A stretch of 64,000 bases of DNA from Paraspadella gotoi. Its lineage: Eukaryota > Animalia > Chaetognatha. The stretch is taken from contig CM119269.1 in the NCBI GenBank assembly GCA_051294375.1, positions 7,062,430 to 7,126,429 of the forward strand. The letters run 5' to 3'. Position numbers and translations under genes: made by a program. The notes below the pieces were generated by a model, which was given only the letters and a program-made list of their open reading frames with translations, ran no database searches and was not told the DNA's origin. Positions 13,265-25,360 of the stretch are shown one piece after another (position 1 is the stretch's first letter; each line of letters opens with the position of its first letter).

Positions 13265-14545
13265 GGTAGGGGCAAGAGAGGATGTGAAAGAAGACAAAAA
13301 AAGTGCATCTCTGAAACCTATAAAATCTAAAGTATACCCATGAGACACTTTTTGGTGGATAGGTCAGTAAAACGATAAAGGCAGGTTTTTTTTTTTTAAA
13401 CATTTTTTTAATAAAAAAAATTTTGGCAAACAATAAACAATTCCTAAAAATTTTAAGTAGTTTTAATGGAATATGCTTACAATTTGAATGTCTATATGTC
13501 TGTCATTATCCTCAAAACATAAGCTTTAATTTGAAACCACCCAAACTTCTATTACTATTTTGCTATTGAAATATAAGTAAAAATTAATATTTTTTTTTTT
13601 CAAAAGATTAATCAAATTAATACCATTGAACAGATTATTTCTTTAAAATAAAATACAAAATATGTTCTCAAAATACATTTTCTAACTTATTAGGCTTAAA
13701 AATAAGTTTTTTTGTTTAATTAATAATAATTTTAGAAAAAAATATAAAAACTTTAAAATAAAAGAGAGTTTTAAAAAATATTAATATATAGTCTATAATT
13801 AAGTATTAAAGTTAAATCATTATGTTTATTAATATTATTTAACAATATTTTTGTCTATAATAATATTTATCAAATATTGAGTGATTATTATTATAATATA
13901 ATTTATTGAATAAATTTTTTTGTTGATAAATAATAATATATAATGATACTTTTTAAAGCTGGATAGATTTGATTAAAGTGCTCAAACTAATATTTCTGTT
14001 ATTTATTTGAGATTAAGTTTTAATCAAATATCACATATTTTTCTTAAAAAAATAAAATTATCTGTATTATTTATTTTTTAATAATTAATTTATATCAATT
14101 TTTTTTTAAATTTGTTTTTAGGGCTAAATTAAGTAGAACTGCATTTTGAGACCTATTGTACTTTTATTTTTAAAAAAAGAATCCGTTTGAAAAAACTGAT
14201 TGATTATTATTTTTTTTTTAAATTATGATTTTTACTTATAAATTCAATTAACAAAAAAATCCGTAAAAATTGGGAAGAGGTCTGCAAATTAAAGCTTATG
14301 CTCTGTAGATAATGATAGATGTATGAACATTAAAATTGTAAGCATTTTCACTAAAACTATTTAAAAAATTTTATAAAAAAATTAAAAAAACTTTAAGTGA
14401 GCACTTTTAAAAAAAACCTACCTCTTATCGAATTTTACTGACCACTACTTAACGTGTCTCATGGGTAAGTTGGGTATCTTTAAGATTTTATAGTTTCAGA
14501 TTGATGCACTTTTTTTTGTTTCTTTCACAATCCTCCTGCCCTTTC
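13265..14545. mobile_element. ~1.3 kb foldback element or MITE with ~450 bp imperfect inverted arms
   Basis: Mirrored blocks include aaaaaaagtgcatc/gatgcacttttttt, cccatgagacac/gtgtctcatggg, ggtcagtaaaa/ttttactgacc, cataagctttaatttg/caaattaaagcttatg and tgcttacaattt/aaattgtaagca, around an AT-rich centre. Confidence 0.75.
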
Positions 14546-15259
14546 TTGTGTATTTTCAACATTTTTAAAATTGTTTGCTCCTAATTTTTTTTTTTTTCAA
14601 TTTTTCTTATTCCTCTTCTTTTATTTTTTTTCTTTTTATTCTTTTTTTCCCTCTTGTCGAGAAAATCTATGGAAAAAAAAAAAAAAAATATTTTACAAAT
14701 AATTTTTATTTTTTTTAAATTATTCTTTTAATAATTTAAATAAAAATCTGAGCTAAAAAAACGATTCTTTCTATCTGAACAATAACTGTAAATTAAGTTA
14801 AATTAAAAATTAAAATTAACTTTTTAATTCTTATAAATCTTAAAAATTTATTTCTTATATTTTATTATTTTTCTTTAAAATTTAAGTCTCTTTCTTTTAA
14901 TCCATAACCGTTTTTCATGTTACAAACCAAGTTTAAAACAAAAGGATTTGATCTGTTTTATTGCAATATTGCAAAATATTATGCTTATACATACTTAAAT
15001 CTCTAACCACACACTCTCTCTCTATCTTCTTTCTTTTTCCTCCTTGCACTGAACAAAAAAGCAAATTAAAAAAATATATAAAAAAATAAATCAAAATTAT
15101 TAATAAACAAGTTTGAAGCAAACAATGCGGATCTGCCACGATCATAGCGGTAATATAAAATTGATTAATTAATTGAATAAAATAAATTAATTTAAGTAAT
15201 TACATATAATTAATTAAAATAAATAACCATCAAGATAAAAATTCCCAGACCGAACACTT

Positions 15260-15612
15260 CGGAGCCGTCTATTGGGGCGGCCTGTGCAGGGAAGGGCAAC
15301 CACCCTGCACAGCAAATACGTGGCGAGACAGGAAAGGTCTCTGTCAGATCGGTTCAAACAGCACACAAAAGCCATATCGGGACGCCACTGAGTGGTCATA
15401 CTTATCGGCTATTGCTGAGCACAGCGCGACAGCCAACCTCCCCGCCATCCTGTTCAGAGAAACTGACTGTCTCGTGCGTGTCCCATGAGCGCGAAAACTG
15501 GTTTTCACTAGAGTATTAGATGAGGCGATTTACATCAAAGCCTCGAGCCCTCTCTGAATCGTGATGGATGTGAGCGATTCGATCCTCCCTCCAAGATTAT
15601 GATTCGCTAATT
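15260..15612 (+). pseudogene. Frameshifted GIY-YIG endonuclease domain of a Penelope-like retroelement
   Basis: Manual translation across frameshifts gives, in order, GAVY..C..PC..Y.GETG, DRFKQHTKA, SAIAEH, RENWF, EAIYIKAS and LNRDG. This is the motif order of PLE endonucleases. Confidence 0.8.
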
Positions 15613-16570
15613 AAAATGGAGGTGGAACGCCCAGCAACCACCCCACCGCACGGTGATTCCCACTGTTCCCCACTCAACGGTCAGACGGAGCCTCCCACAG
15701 CAATGGAACGCACGATCCTCTCCCAAACCTGCAGCACCTTGGTGTGAAGCTCTTCTCCACAACAGCTGAGCGTCGCCCAAAACGACGGCTGCAGGAGGAG
15801 GGAGAGAGTCTGTATCACTGCAGCAAAGCAAGGCCAGAAAACAGGCATTTGCCCGTCCTATGCCGTCAGGCGAAGAGGAGGGACTTCGGCAGCTTTATTC
15901 AAGGCCAGAGGGATATCAGAGTGTGCATTGGGTCATTTTTCCAGGCGGCCTCGCTTACCAAGTCCTGGACATTCGATCCATGACGATACCTCTCAGCCCA
16001 ATGACAAGTCAATAACCCGATCATGATCATCAAACTCCTGTTTTGCAGGCGGGGGGGGGGGGCAGCTCATTTTGAGCTCTTTATTTTCCTAATTCTACAA
16101 CTTAGCTATCCCAACCTACAATTCTCCTTTTCTCTTCCTTATTCAATCTTAATTAACAAACTAGTTAAAATATTCTCAGTTAAATCTAACTAGTTTAAGC
16201 ATAAGTATATTAATTTATTGAATTATTTTATTCCTTTATCTCTTTGTTGTATCATTACAAAATGAAATATTTTCTCTCTCTCCTTGTCTCTTCATTTCAC
16301 TATTCAACAATTTCACCACTTTCTCTCCTTCTTCTCTCTCCTTACCTTAACCTGTCCATCAATCTGACCACTGTCCTTATTCACTTTGTTGGAAGCTTTA
16401 TCTCTCTCTCTCTGTCCCTCTCTCTCTCTCTCAATCTCTTCTCTTCTCTTCTCTCTCTCTGACTCAATTGTTATAGAAAAAATTTGCCTGATTATTCTAA
16501 CGCTGATTGAAGGCTTATACTTAAAGGCCAGAACATGTCCTATGTAAAAGATAAATCGTTTGTAACATAA
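15613..16570 (+). mobile_element. 3' region and pLTR of the Penelope-like element, ending in a degenerate hammerhead (16503-16539)
   Basis: Follows the GIY-YIG remnant and resembles 1040-1420. CTGATTGA-A-GGCTT..AAGGCC-AGAA-CATGTC is a damaged version of the motif at 1380. Confidence 0.55.
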
Positions 16571-16944
16571 CAAATGAACTTGTCTTCTCTAATAATAACA
16601 TCGACCATTTGGGAGTCTCAAAATGATTGAACAAAGACAACGCGATGAACATCAATGACAAAACGTACAACGAAAGTCTTTGGTACTTTGTGAGCCGTAG
16701 TACAGTAGTGATCAAATAAGTAATGACCTGATCCTCAATCTGATGAGATCCTTTTTCTCAGCCTAATGTAAATACTAAGTTGTTGTTGTTTATTAATTTT
16801 TATCATTTTTTACTTTTTCNNNNNNNNNNNNNNNNNNNNNNNNNTTTTTTGTAGTAAAAACAAAAGTTATTTATATATTCTAGTTGCCTTAAAAATCCAG
16901 CTTTAATTTAATCAAAATTGAAAAAATAAAATTTTAAAATATAC

Positions 16945-18812
16945 CAAGCCTTCCGTTCAACTCTGTGCCTCTCCCTAACCCTAACCCGGGCTCAGCCTCC
17001 CGTACATCTCCAGTGCCTCAACCCTAACCCTAACCGCCTTGATGCATCAACCACGGGCCCCTCCCCCAACCCTAACCCTAAACCAAGCCTTCCCGTTCAA
17101 CTCTGTGCCCTCTCCCTAACCCTAACCAGGCCCAGCCTCCCGTACATCTCCGTGCCTCAACCCTAACCCTAACCGCTTCGATGATCAACCATGGGTCCTC
17201 CCGCAACCCTAACCCTAAACCAAGCCTCCCGTTCAACTCCATGCCTCTCCCCTAACCCTAAACCCAGGCCGGCCTCCGGTACATCTCCGTACCTCACCTC
17301 TAACCCTAATGCCGTTCTGATATATAACAAGGGCCTCTCTCCATCAACCCTAACCCTAAACCGGCAGCCTGCTCGTTCACTCCACCTCAATCCCTACCCT
17401 AATGCCTCGATATAAACCCAGCCGGGGCCTCTCTCTACTGCTCAACCCTAACCGCTAACCGCGTGATAACCCAGGCTCTCGCCCATCCACTAAGGGCAGC
17501 TCGGTACATCTCGCGTGCCTCACCTATCTAATTCCTGCCCATACACGCGGGCTCTTGGTCATCAACAACACCCTCCCCTACCCTATCCCTAAGAATTGGA
17601 CAATTAATAATAAGCCTAAATAAAACTTAACTTTACAACCTACGAACCCTAACCCAACCTAACCCTAAACTATCAACCCTAACCCTAACTACTCAACGCC
17701 TAACCGGCTAACTACTACCTACTCAACCCTAACCCTAAACCAACTCAACCTAACCCTAACCCTAATCTGAGTTTATTTTAGGCGAAATCGCCATAACTAG
17801 AACGCTAGATGTAGTTCAGTGCGAAATCGCCATTTTGCTTAACCCTAACCCTAACCTACACTACTCAACCCTAAACCCTACCTAACTCAAAATCCAAACA
17901 TATCTACTAAAACTACTCAACCCTAACCCTAAAACACAATTTGTAAACTCTCTAACGCCTAACCCATGCTTTGGATAACGATATTCAACCCTAACCCTCG
18001 AGAATCTCATAACGTCAAGCTAAAAAATGCATTTGTAAACTCTCAAACCCTAACCCTAACTCAAAAATCCAAACATATCTACTAAAAACTACTCAACCCT
18101 AACCCTAAAACACCAATTTGTAAACTCTCTAACCCTAACCCATGCTTTGATAACGATATTCAACCCTAACCTCGAGAATCTCATACGTCAAGCTAAAAAT
18201 GCCATTTGTAAACTCTCAAACCCTAACCCTAACTCAAAAAACTCAATACGTCCCTTATTTTTATGTTTTGTAAACTCTTCAACCCTAACCCTAGCTAAAA
18301 AACGCGTTTGTAAACTCCCTACCCTAACCCTAACTCGAAAAACTTAATACGTCCTTATTTTTATATTTTGTAAACTCTTCAACCCTAACCCTAGCTAAAA
18401 AACGCGTTTGTAAACTCCCAAACCCTAACCCTAACTAAAAAAATTCAATATGTCCATATTTTTATATTTTGTAAACTCTTCAACCCTAACCCTAGCTAAA
18501 AACGCGTTTGTAAACTCCTAACCCTAACCTAACTCGAAAACTCAATACGTCCTTATTTTTATATTTTGTAAACTCTTCAACCCTAAACCCTAGCTAAAAA
18601 CGCGTTTGTAAACTCCCTAACCCTAACCTAAACTCGAAAAACTCAATACGTCCTTATTTTTATATTTTGTAAACTCTTCAACCCTAACCCTAGCCAGAAT
18701 CTCATACATTGTATTTATTTTCATTTAAATATCAACGTAAACTGCTAAACCCTAACCCTGTAGTTCAAATATTAGTATTTTTTACCGTGTGTAAACTGCT
18801 CAACCCTAACCC
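16945..18812 (+). repeat. Composite interstitial telomere-motif array with (AACCCT)2 blocks separated by conserved spacers
   Basis: 16945-17760 has C-rich spacers like those at 5720-6320. 17850-18812 has AT-rich spacers, including a ~100 bp two-part unit (..tacgtccttattt..tgtaaactcttc-aaccctaaccct-agctaaaaacgcgtttgtaaactcc..) repeated about 5 times. Confidence 0.85.
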
Positions 18813-19486
18813 GTAGTACAAATATTACTATTTTTGATTTCGTAGTACTTTCTTTGTTGCCTACCCGTGTGCACGCCTAAAATCGGCCTGTACGAGGTTC
18901 CAACGCAATAGGATCCTATGTTAAACGCCTTTCATTGTTTGGCTCCGCGGACAAAAATTTTTTCTCCCTAAACAGAGGTTCTTTATATATTTGGGGAATG
19001 GGTCTGGCTTTTTCTGGAAATTTGAGTGTCTCACCTACCCTTATAAGAGAGCCTCTTTAACGTTATTCCTATTGGGTTGGAACCTCGTAGTGAATCGAAT
19101 TTCCTATGTGTAGAGGCAGGCAGCGGGTATCGGCGCCCGAGCCGTGGCTGGGACTGAGAGCCATCGTTGTCTGCGTCGTCTTTGATCGCCCGGGAGACGG
19201 GCATTGGTCTTGACCGTCACGCCTCCTCGCCAGGATATCCGGGTAGGAGGGGGCAACGACGGGCACGGTCTTTTGGTAGACCATGATGGTTCTTTCGGCG
19301 GTCACCGGCGACCGTCGACCGCAGATTTGAGATTCCCGCCGCTGATCGAGGCTGCGCTGGCCGGGCAACGGTCACGATACGATAGACGGATTTTTCGGCG
19401 ATCCCCGGCGATCGTCGACTGCAGATTTGAGATTCCCGCGGTTGATCGAGGCAAGCGGAGACGGAGACCGGTGTTTAAAAAAATTG

Positions 19487-20060
19487 GTGCATGCGTGGGA
19501 TTCGATCCGTGATTCGCCGTGACTCCGTCAGGGCGATCACGGGGGAAAATTTCATGAAACGGTGAACGTCAGACCCGAGTTCGTTCGCTCGTGCTCATTT
19601 ACGGGTAACGGGGATGTCGTAGGTTAAGAGAAAAGTCGCGGGCCCATGCCTTTTCTCTGTCCCGCGCCGTCGCCAATTATTCGTATATAAATAAGCGCGG
19701 GTATCGAACCTGTGACTCGCCGTGACTCCGTCAGGGCGAATCGCTTCTCTAAGGGAGAAATCTAGGCGATAGGCGATCGGCGATCGGCGATCGGCTCCCT
19801 CGCCGAATTTTCTTCCAATTACGGGTAACGGAGATGACGTAGGTTACGGGAAAAGTCGCGGCCAAGGCTTTTCTCAATGTCCCGCGCCGTCGCCAATTAT
19901 TCGTATTTAAATAAGCGCGGAGGAGGAACCTGTGACTCGCCGTGACTCCGTCAGGGCAAATCGCGGGGGTAAAAAAATATATAAAATATTTTTAAAAAAG
20001 TCGTGCATGCTCGGGAATCGAACCCGTGACTCGCCGTGACTCCGTCAGGGTGATCCCGGA
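19487..20060. repeat. Four copies of GTGACTCGCCGTGACTCCGTCAGGG, most preceded by a reverse-complement tRNA T-arm/B-box-like motif
   Basis: Copies lie at ~19509, 19711, 19931 and 20025. The minus strand at ~20003-20027 reads GGGTTCGATTCCCGAGCATGCA. A ~145 bp duplication covers 19597-19742 and 19818-19962. Confidence 0.8.
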
Positions 20061-20712
20061 GAAAATTTCAGGCCCGAGCGAGCACGGTCGGGAGCGGAAT
20101 GAAAAAAAGTAGTTCCGTCGGCCTTCGGTGAACATCGGACCCGGGTTCATTCGCTCGTTAACCGAAAAGTCAAATAATGCTAAAATATGACAAAAATACC
20201 CGCGAACGATGGAAAAGCCCGGTAAAAATGTCGGATACACACATGTTTCGGGACTGGGTTCTCTCGTTCATGCGCCGCCATTTTGTATTCATCCGCGAAT
20301 CATTTCCCAGTAATAATAAAGAACGGCAAGGAAATAGAGGACGGTAAAGGACGGAATAGTGCAAAAAGCACGAAAAAACGCTAAATGTTGGAATGAAAGC
20401 CTTATACTCGGCCGCGGGGTCGATCTCGGTCTCGTCTTGGTCTCGGTCGGGGAAAAAAAAGGATGGGAAAGCGCGAAAAAGCGCGAATATAGAACGAAAG
20501 TCAAATGGCCCCGGTGTCGGTCTCGATCATCGGGAAGGGAAAAAACGGACGGTAAAGTCAGCCTAAGGTTTCACGCGGGTGACCTTATAAAAATTCGTTT
20601 CTCTACCGTGACCTGAGAAGCGAATAAGCCAGGCAGTAATTGACCATAGTTCACGGTAGGCTATGAGCGATCTCGCAGCAAGGGGATCGATCATTTTGTG
20701 TTTTTGCTAACT

Positions 20713-21066
20713 ATGGATCATTTTACTTGCCTCGAATGTAACAAAAATTACCCACGAGAAACCCGCGGGAAAGGAATAACATGGGCAAAATCCGCGAACG
20801 AAAAATGGGTAAAAATTCGCTGTGGGAAAGAGACTGCTTACCCGTGTCCTAAAAATGAATGCAATGGTTGCAGCGCAACCTATGCACGACTTCGTGAACA
20901 CTTTTGGAACACGCACGGGTTCCGAATGACGACGCTTTCAACTACGGAGGGAGAGGACCTTCGCAGGCGCGCAAGACAAAAACTGTGCGCTATTCTTGAT
21001 GGAAAAAACTGGCCCGATGCCCCTGCATCGCCCGCTAATGAGATCCCACGAGCCCGGAGAAAATAA
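20713..21066 (+). CDS. C2H2 zinc-finger-containing ORF, probably the 5' part of the recombinase gene
   Basis: YPCPKNECNGCSATYARLREHFWNTHG fits C-x4-C-x12-H-x4-H, and there is an additional CLEC near the start. Coding-like sequence continues to ~21209 after a frameshift. Confidence 0.65.
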   Translation: MDHFTCLECNKNYPRETRGKGITWAKSANEKWVKIRCGKETAYPCPKNECNGCSATYARLREHFWNTHGFRMTTLSTTEGEDLRRRARQKLCAILDGKNWPDAPASPANEIPRARRK

Positions 21067-21309
21067 CGACCACGGCCTCGGAGCAGATGGAGGGGTCGGT
21101 AGAGGCGGAACCGGCTGTTGAGACTTCTATGATCTCTCTACCCTTCCAACAGCCCATCTTCTTCCACAACTCGGTCCGGTCTCCTGTGGTTCGTACTCCT
21201 TCTCCTAAGGTAATTCGTAGGGAGGGGAGGGTACAGTAGGTACATGCGCTGGATAAATTTTCGGGAAGGGGCCTGTTCACGGGGTAATAACCTTTTTCCC
21301 TGCTTACAG

Positions 21310-22307
21310 ATTCCGCAAGCTAAACTCCCGGATGATCTACGTAGTTGATGGATGACCGCTACTCTCGCGCTACGGTGTCTGCGTATTCTGTTCACATTGG
21401 CCGGTTCATGGCTTTCTGCCATCCTTTCAGCGCAGAATACGCCTTTGAAGCAAAAAAACTTGAAAAGTTTTTGTCCCTATCGACGGTCCCTACTACGCGC
21501 AGTGTTAGCGGTCTCCAGCCTTGGAAGTCTACGTATGTACCTCGTCGCCCGCCGGAATATGAGCCGTCAGAGATAGATAGGGTGATCTGGGATGACATCC
21601 GGCGCGTGACACAAAGGCAAAACGCGTCAGACAGACCAAGGTTACCCTGACCAAAAACCGGGTAGGACAAGATTTAAAGTCACTACGTCCCCTCTTTCGG
21701 AACCCACGAGACGACCATCGCTTCTTGGATATCTCTCGGTCGGCAAAGAAGCGAGCTATAACACGGACTGAATACAATTTCGTCTCGGCATATGTGGCTT
21801 TTGAAGGTGTTCTCCCAACGAATGCAAAACGGCTGGGAAATCTTGCCCGCCTTACCCTTTCATCAATCTACAAAGCGCGGGGGTGAGCGGAAAGTCCGGG
21901 CCTTGGGTAGTGCAGGTCGAATGGCGACAAAGATTAAAGCTCCGGATGCATATGTCGTAAATGATCCCCTGTCAAAGGGGCTTCTGCTACGTTTTATTCG
22001 CAACATACGTCCTTCTCTCAAAACAGTCGCAGCCTCACGGTATCTATTTCCGCAGTATGATGGCCAGGCTCGGGGAACCTCGGCCTTTGCCGCTATCCTT
22101 CGGACCTTCGCTAGGTCCCGGGGAATTGATGGTTTCAACATAACAACTCTACGGCGTGCTGTGGCCTCGGCAGGCGCTGAGGACGCCGGAACGGACAGGG
22201 CAGCGCTTGCCCAGGCGCTTGGTCACACGCAAGTGATTCAGCGTCAGTTTTTACCTTCGCGATCGGATGCACAAAAAGTCCGCGAATCATCGAAGTTGAA
22301 CGACTAG
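21310..22307 (+). CDS. Tyrosine recombinase (phage-integrase fold), frameshifted in this assembly
   Basis: Contains a core-binding-like segment YSRATVSAYSVHIGRFMAF, a candidate first Arg in FSQR, IRP..YLFP, a box II variant ITTLRR, and LAQALGHT. Removing one T from the T5 run at 22248-22252 gives GHTQVIQRQFY, with the same H-x8-Y spacing as XerD. AATAAA lies at 22477. Confidence 0.75.
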
Positions 22308-22852
22308 TTACTCGCGAATTCGGCCAGGAGAAGTCATGGAAAAAACGTTACGGCCGCGTAAACTTGATCCGTCAGACTCACCAACTGGGTCGGGGGGGTC
22401 GGAAGAGGGTACGGGGATGTAGCTTTGACTGTTTCCTTTTGACTGCCTAAAGATTCATGCCCAATTAATGCATAGTAATAAACATGTATTTTAATTTCCA
22501 ATGTTGAGGACTCCATGGTGAGAGTAACAAAAAGTAGGGTGAAGTCCCGTCCCCGTGTAGCTAGTTTTAAACACGCGGGACAGGCATGAAAAGCAAGACC
22601 GGCCGCGGGGTTGGTCTCGAATGAAAGATGGTATGGAAATAGCTGAGTGGTGTCCCGTGGTGGGACTGCGGCTTCCGAGGCATAGTTATAGCAAAAAACA
22701 AGTTTCACGCCTAGCAGGAAACAGGCGGGACGGGTATATAAAAGCATGGACAGCCGTGGGATTGCTCTAGAATGAAAGATGATATTGAGAAGACCGAGCG
22801 GTGTCCCACAGTGGGACTGCGGCTTCCTAGGCATGGGTATTTGATCGAGAAA

Positions 22853-25360
22853 GCCGAGCGGTGTCCCATGGCGGGACTGCGGCTCCAATTGTCGTAATAC
22901 ATGCGTCGAACCATTGGGTAGTTCGGGTCCCGAGAGTCGACTCGACTACTCTCTACGGGCACGTCTGGGTAAGGGGAAGTTCTTTCTCTGAGCCTAAGTA
23001 CCGCTCTTGGTTGTCCGCGTGTGAAAACATTTCTCAATGGGGGTCGCGGGACCCTTGTGATCGCCAGGCCCACGGTCTGGTCCAATTATGCAAGGGGCCG
23101 AGCGGTGTCCCACGGCGGGACTGCGGCTTCAAAATCGTCGGTAATACACGCGTCGAACCATTGGGTAGTTCGGGTCCCGAGAGTCGACTCGACTACTCTC
23201 TACGGGCACGTCTGGGTAAGGGAAGTTCTTTCTCTGAGCCTAAGTACCGCTCTTGGTTGTCCGCGTGTGAAAATATTTGTCAATGGGGTCACGGGACCCT
23301 CGTGATCGCCAGGCATCCGGGCTTGTCCGATCACGCAGAAGGGGCCGAGCGGTTTCCCACAGCGGGACTGCGGCTTCAAAATCACCGGTAAATGCATGCG
23401 TCGAAACCATTGGGTAGTTCGGGTCCCGAGAGTCGACTCGACTACTCTCTACGAGCACGTCTGGGTAAGGGGAAGTTCTTTCTCTGAGCCTAAGTACGCT
23501 CTTGGTTGTCCGCGTGTGAAAACATTTCTCAATGGGGGTCGCGGGACCCTCGTGATCGCCAGGCCCACGGTCTGGTCCAATTACGCAAGGGGCCGAGCGG
23601 TGTCCCACGGCGGGACTGCGGCTTCCAAATCGTCGGTAATACACGCGTCGAACCATTGGGTAGTTCGGGTCCCGAGAGTCGACTCGACTACTCTCTACGG
23701 GCACGTCTGGGTAAGGGGAAGTTCTTTCTCTGAGCCTAAGTACCGCTCTTGGTTGTCCGCGTGTTGAAAACATTTCTCAATGGGGTCGCGGGACCCTCGT
23801 GATCGCCAGGCCCACGGTCTGGTCCAATTACGCAAGGGCCGAGCGGTGTCCCACGGTGGACTGCGGCTTCCAAATCGTCGGTAATACACGCGTCGAACCA
23901 TTGGGTAGTTCGGGGTCCCGAGAGTCGACTCGACTACTCTCTACGGGCACGTCTGGGTAAGGGGAAGTTCTTTCTCTGAGCCTAAGTACCGCTCTTGGTT
24001 GTCCGCGTGTGAAAACATTTCTCAATGGGGTCGCGGGACCCTCGTGATCGCCAGGCCCACGGTCTGGTCCAATTACGCAAGGGGCCGAGCGGTGTCCCAC
24101 GCGGGACTGCGGCTTCCAAATCGTCGGTAATGCATGCGTCGAACCATTGGGTAGTTTCGGGTCCCGAGAGTCGACTCGACTACTCTCTACGGGCACGTCT
24201 GGGTAAGGGGAAGTTCTTTCTCTGAGCCTAAGTACCGCTCTTGGTTGTCCGCGTGTGAAAACATTTCTCAATGGGGGTCGCGGGACCCTCGTGATCGCCA
24301 GGCCAACCGGGCTTGTCCAATTACGCAAGGGGCCGAGCGGTGTCCCCACGGCGGGACTGCAGCTTCCAAATCGTCGGTAATACACGCGTCGAACCATTGG
24401 GTAGTTCGGGTCCCGAGAGTCGACTCGACTACTCTCTACGGCACGTCTGGGTAAGGGGAAGTTCTTTCTCTGAGCCTAAGTACCGCTCTTGGTTGTCCGC
24501 GTGTGAAAACATTTCTCAATGGGGGTCGCGGGACCCTCGTGATCGCCAGGCCCAGGTCTGGTCCAATTACGCAAGGGGCCGAGCGGTGTCCCCACGGCGG
24601 GACTGCGGCTTCAAATCGTCAGTAATACACGCGTCGAACCATTGGGTAGTTCGGGTCCCGAGAGTCGACTCGACTACTCTCTACGGGCAAGTCTAGGTAA
24701 AGGGAAGTTCTTTCTCCGAGCCTAAGTATCGCTCTTGGTTGTCCGCGTGTGAAAATATTTGTCAATGGGGTCACGGGACCCTCGTGATCGCCAGGCATCT
24801 GGGCTTGTCCGATCACGCAAGAAGGGGCCGAGCGGTGTCCCACAGCGGGACTGCGGCTTCAAATCACCGGTAAAGCATGCGTCGAACCATTGGTAGTTCG
24901 GGTCCCGAGAGTCGACTCGACTACTCTCTACGAGCACGTCTGGGTAAGGGGAAGTTCTTTCTCTGAGGCCTAAGTACCGCTCTTGGTTGTCCGCGTGTGA
25001 AAACATTTCTCAATGGGGTCGCGGGACCCTCGTGATCGCCAGGCCCACGGTCTGGTCCAATTACGCAAGGGCCGAGCGGTGTCCCACGGCGGGACTGCGG
25101 CTTCCAAATCGTCGTAATACAACGCGTCGAACCATTGGGTAGTTCGGGTCCGAGAGTCGACTCGACTACTCTCTACGGCACGTCTGGGTAAGGGGAAGTT
25201 CTTTCTCTGAGCCTAAGTACCGCTCTTGGTTGTCCGCATGTGAAAACATTTGTCAATGGGGTCGCGGGACTCTCGACTCACTTGAGAGGCCGAGCGGTGT
25301 CCATGGCGGGTCTGCGGCATTTGAAGGGCCAAGGGGTGTCCCACGGCGGACTGTGGCTCC
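22853..25360. repeat. Tandem array of about 10 highly similar ~245 bp GC-rich units
   Basis: The unit start gccgagcggtgtccc occurs at ~22853, 23097, 23344, 23592, 23838, 24084, 24332, 24578, 24827 and 25071, with short degenerate copies of the core motif at 25289 and 25328. Confidence 0.95.

Noticed and set aside
16735-16775. Additional hammerhead at CTGATGAG (16740)
   Set aside because: There is no stem II followed by GAAA and a cleavage triplet.
16945-18812. True chromosome end
   Set aside because: The repeats are internal, interrupted by regular spacers and flanked by sequence on both sides.
20003-20075. Complete tRNA gene on the minus strand
   Set aside because: Only the T-arm and 3' acceptor side resemble a tRNA, with no D arm or pairing 5' strand.
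22853-22890. HDV-like ribozyme in the array core motif
   Set aside because: I could not build the nested double pseudoknot (P1/P2/P3/P1.1) on either strand.
22334-25006. Many 60-190 aa ORFs on both strands
   Set aside because: They are translations of the GC-rich tandem array, with inconsistent frames between units and no recognisable domain.
22640-25360. CRISPR-like repeat-spacer array
   Set aside because: Most spacers are near-identical ~210 bp sequences, there are no cas genes, and the context is eukaryotic.
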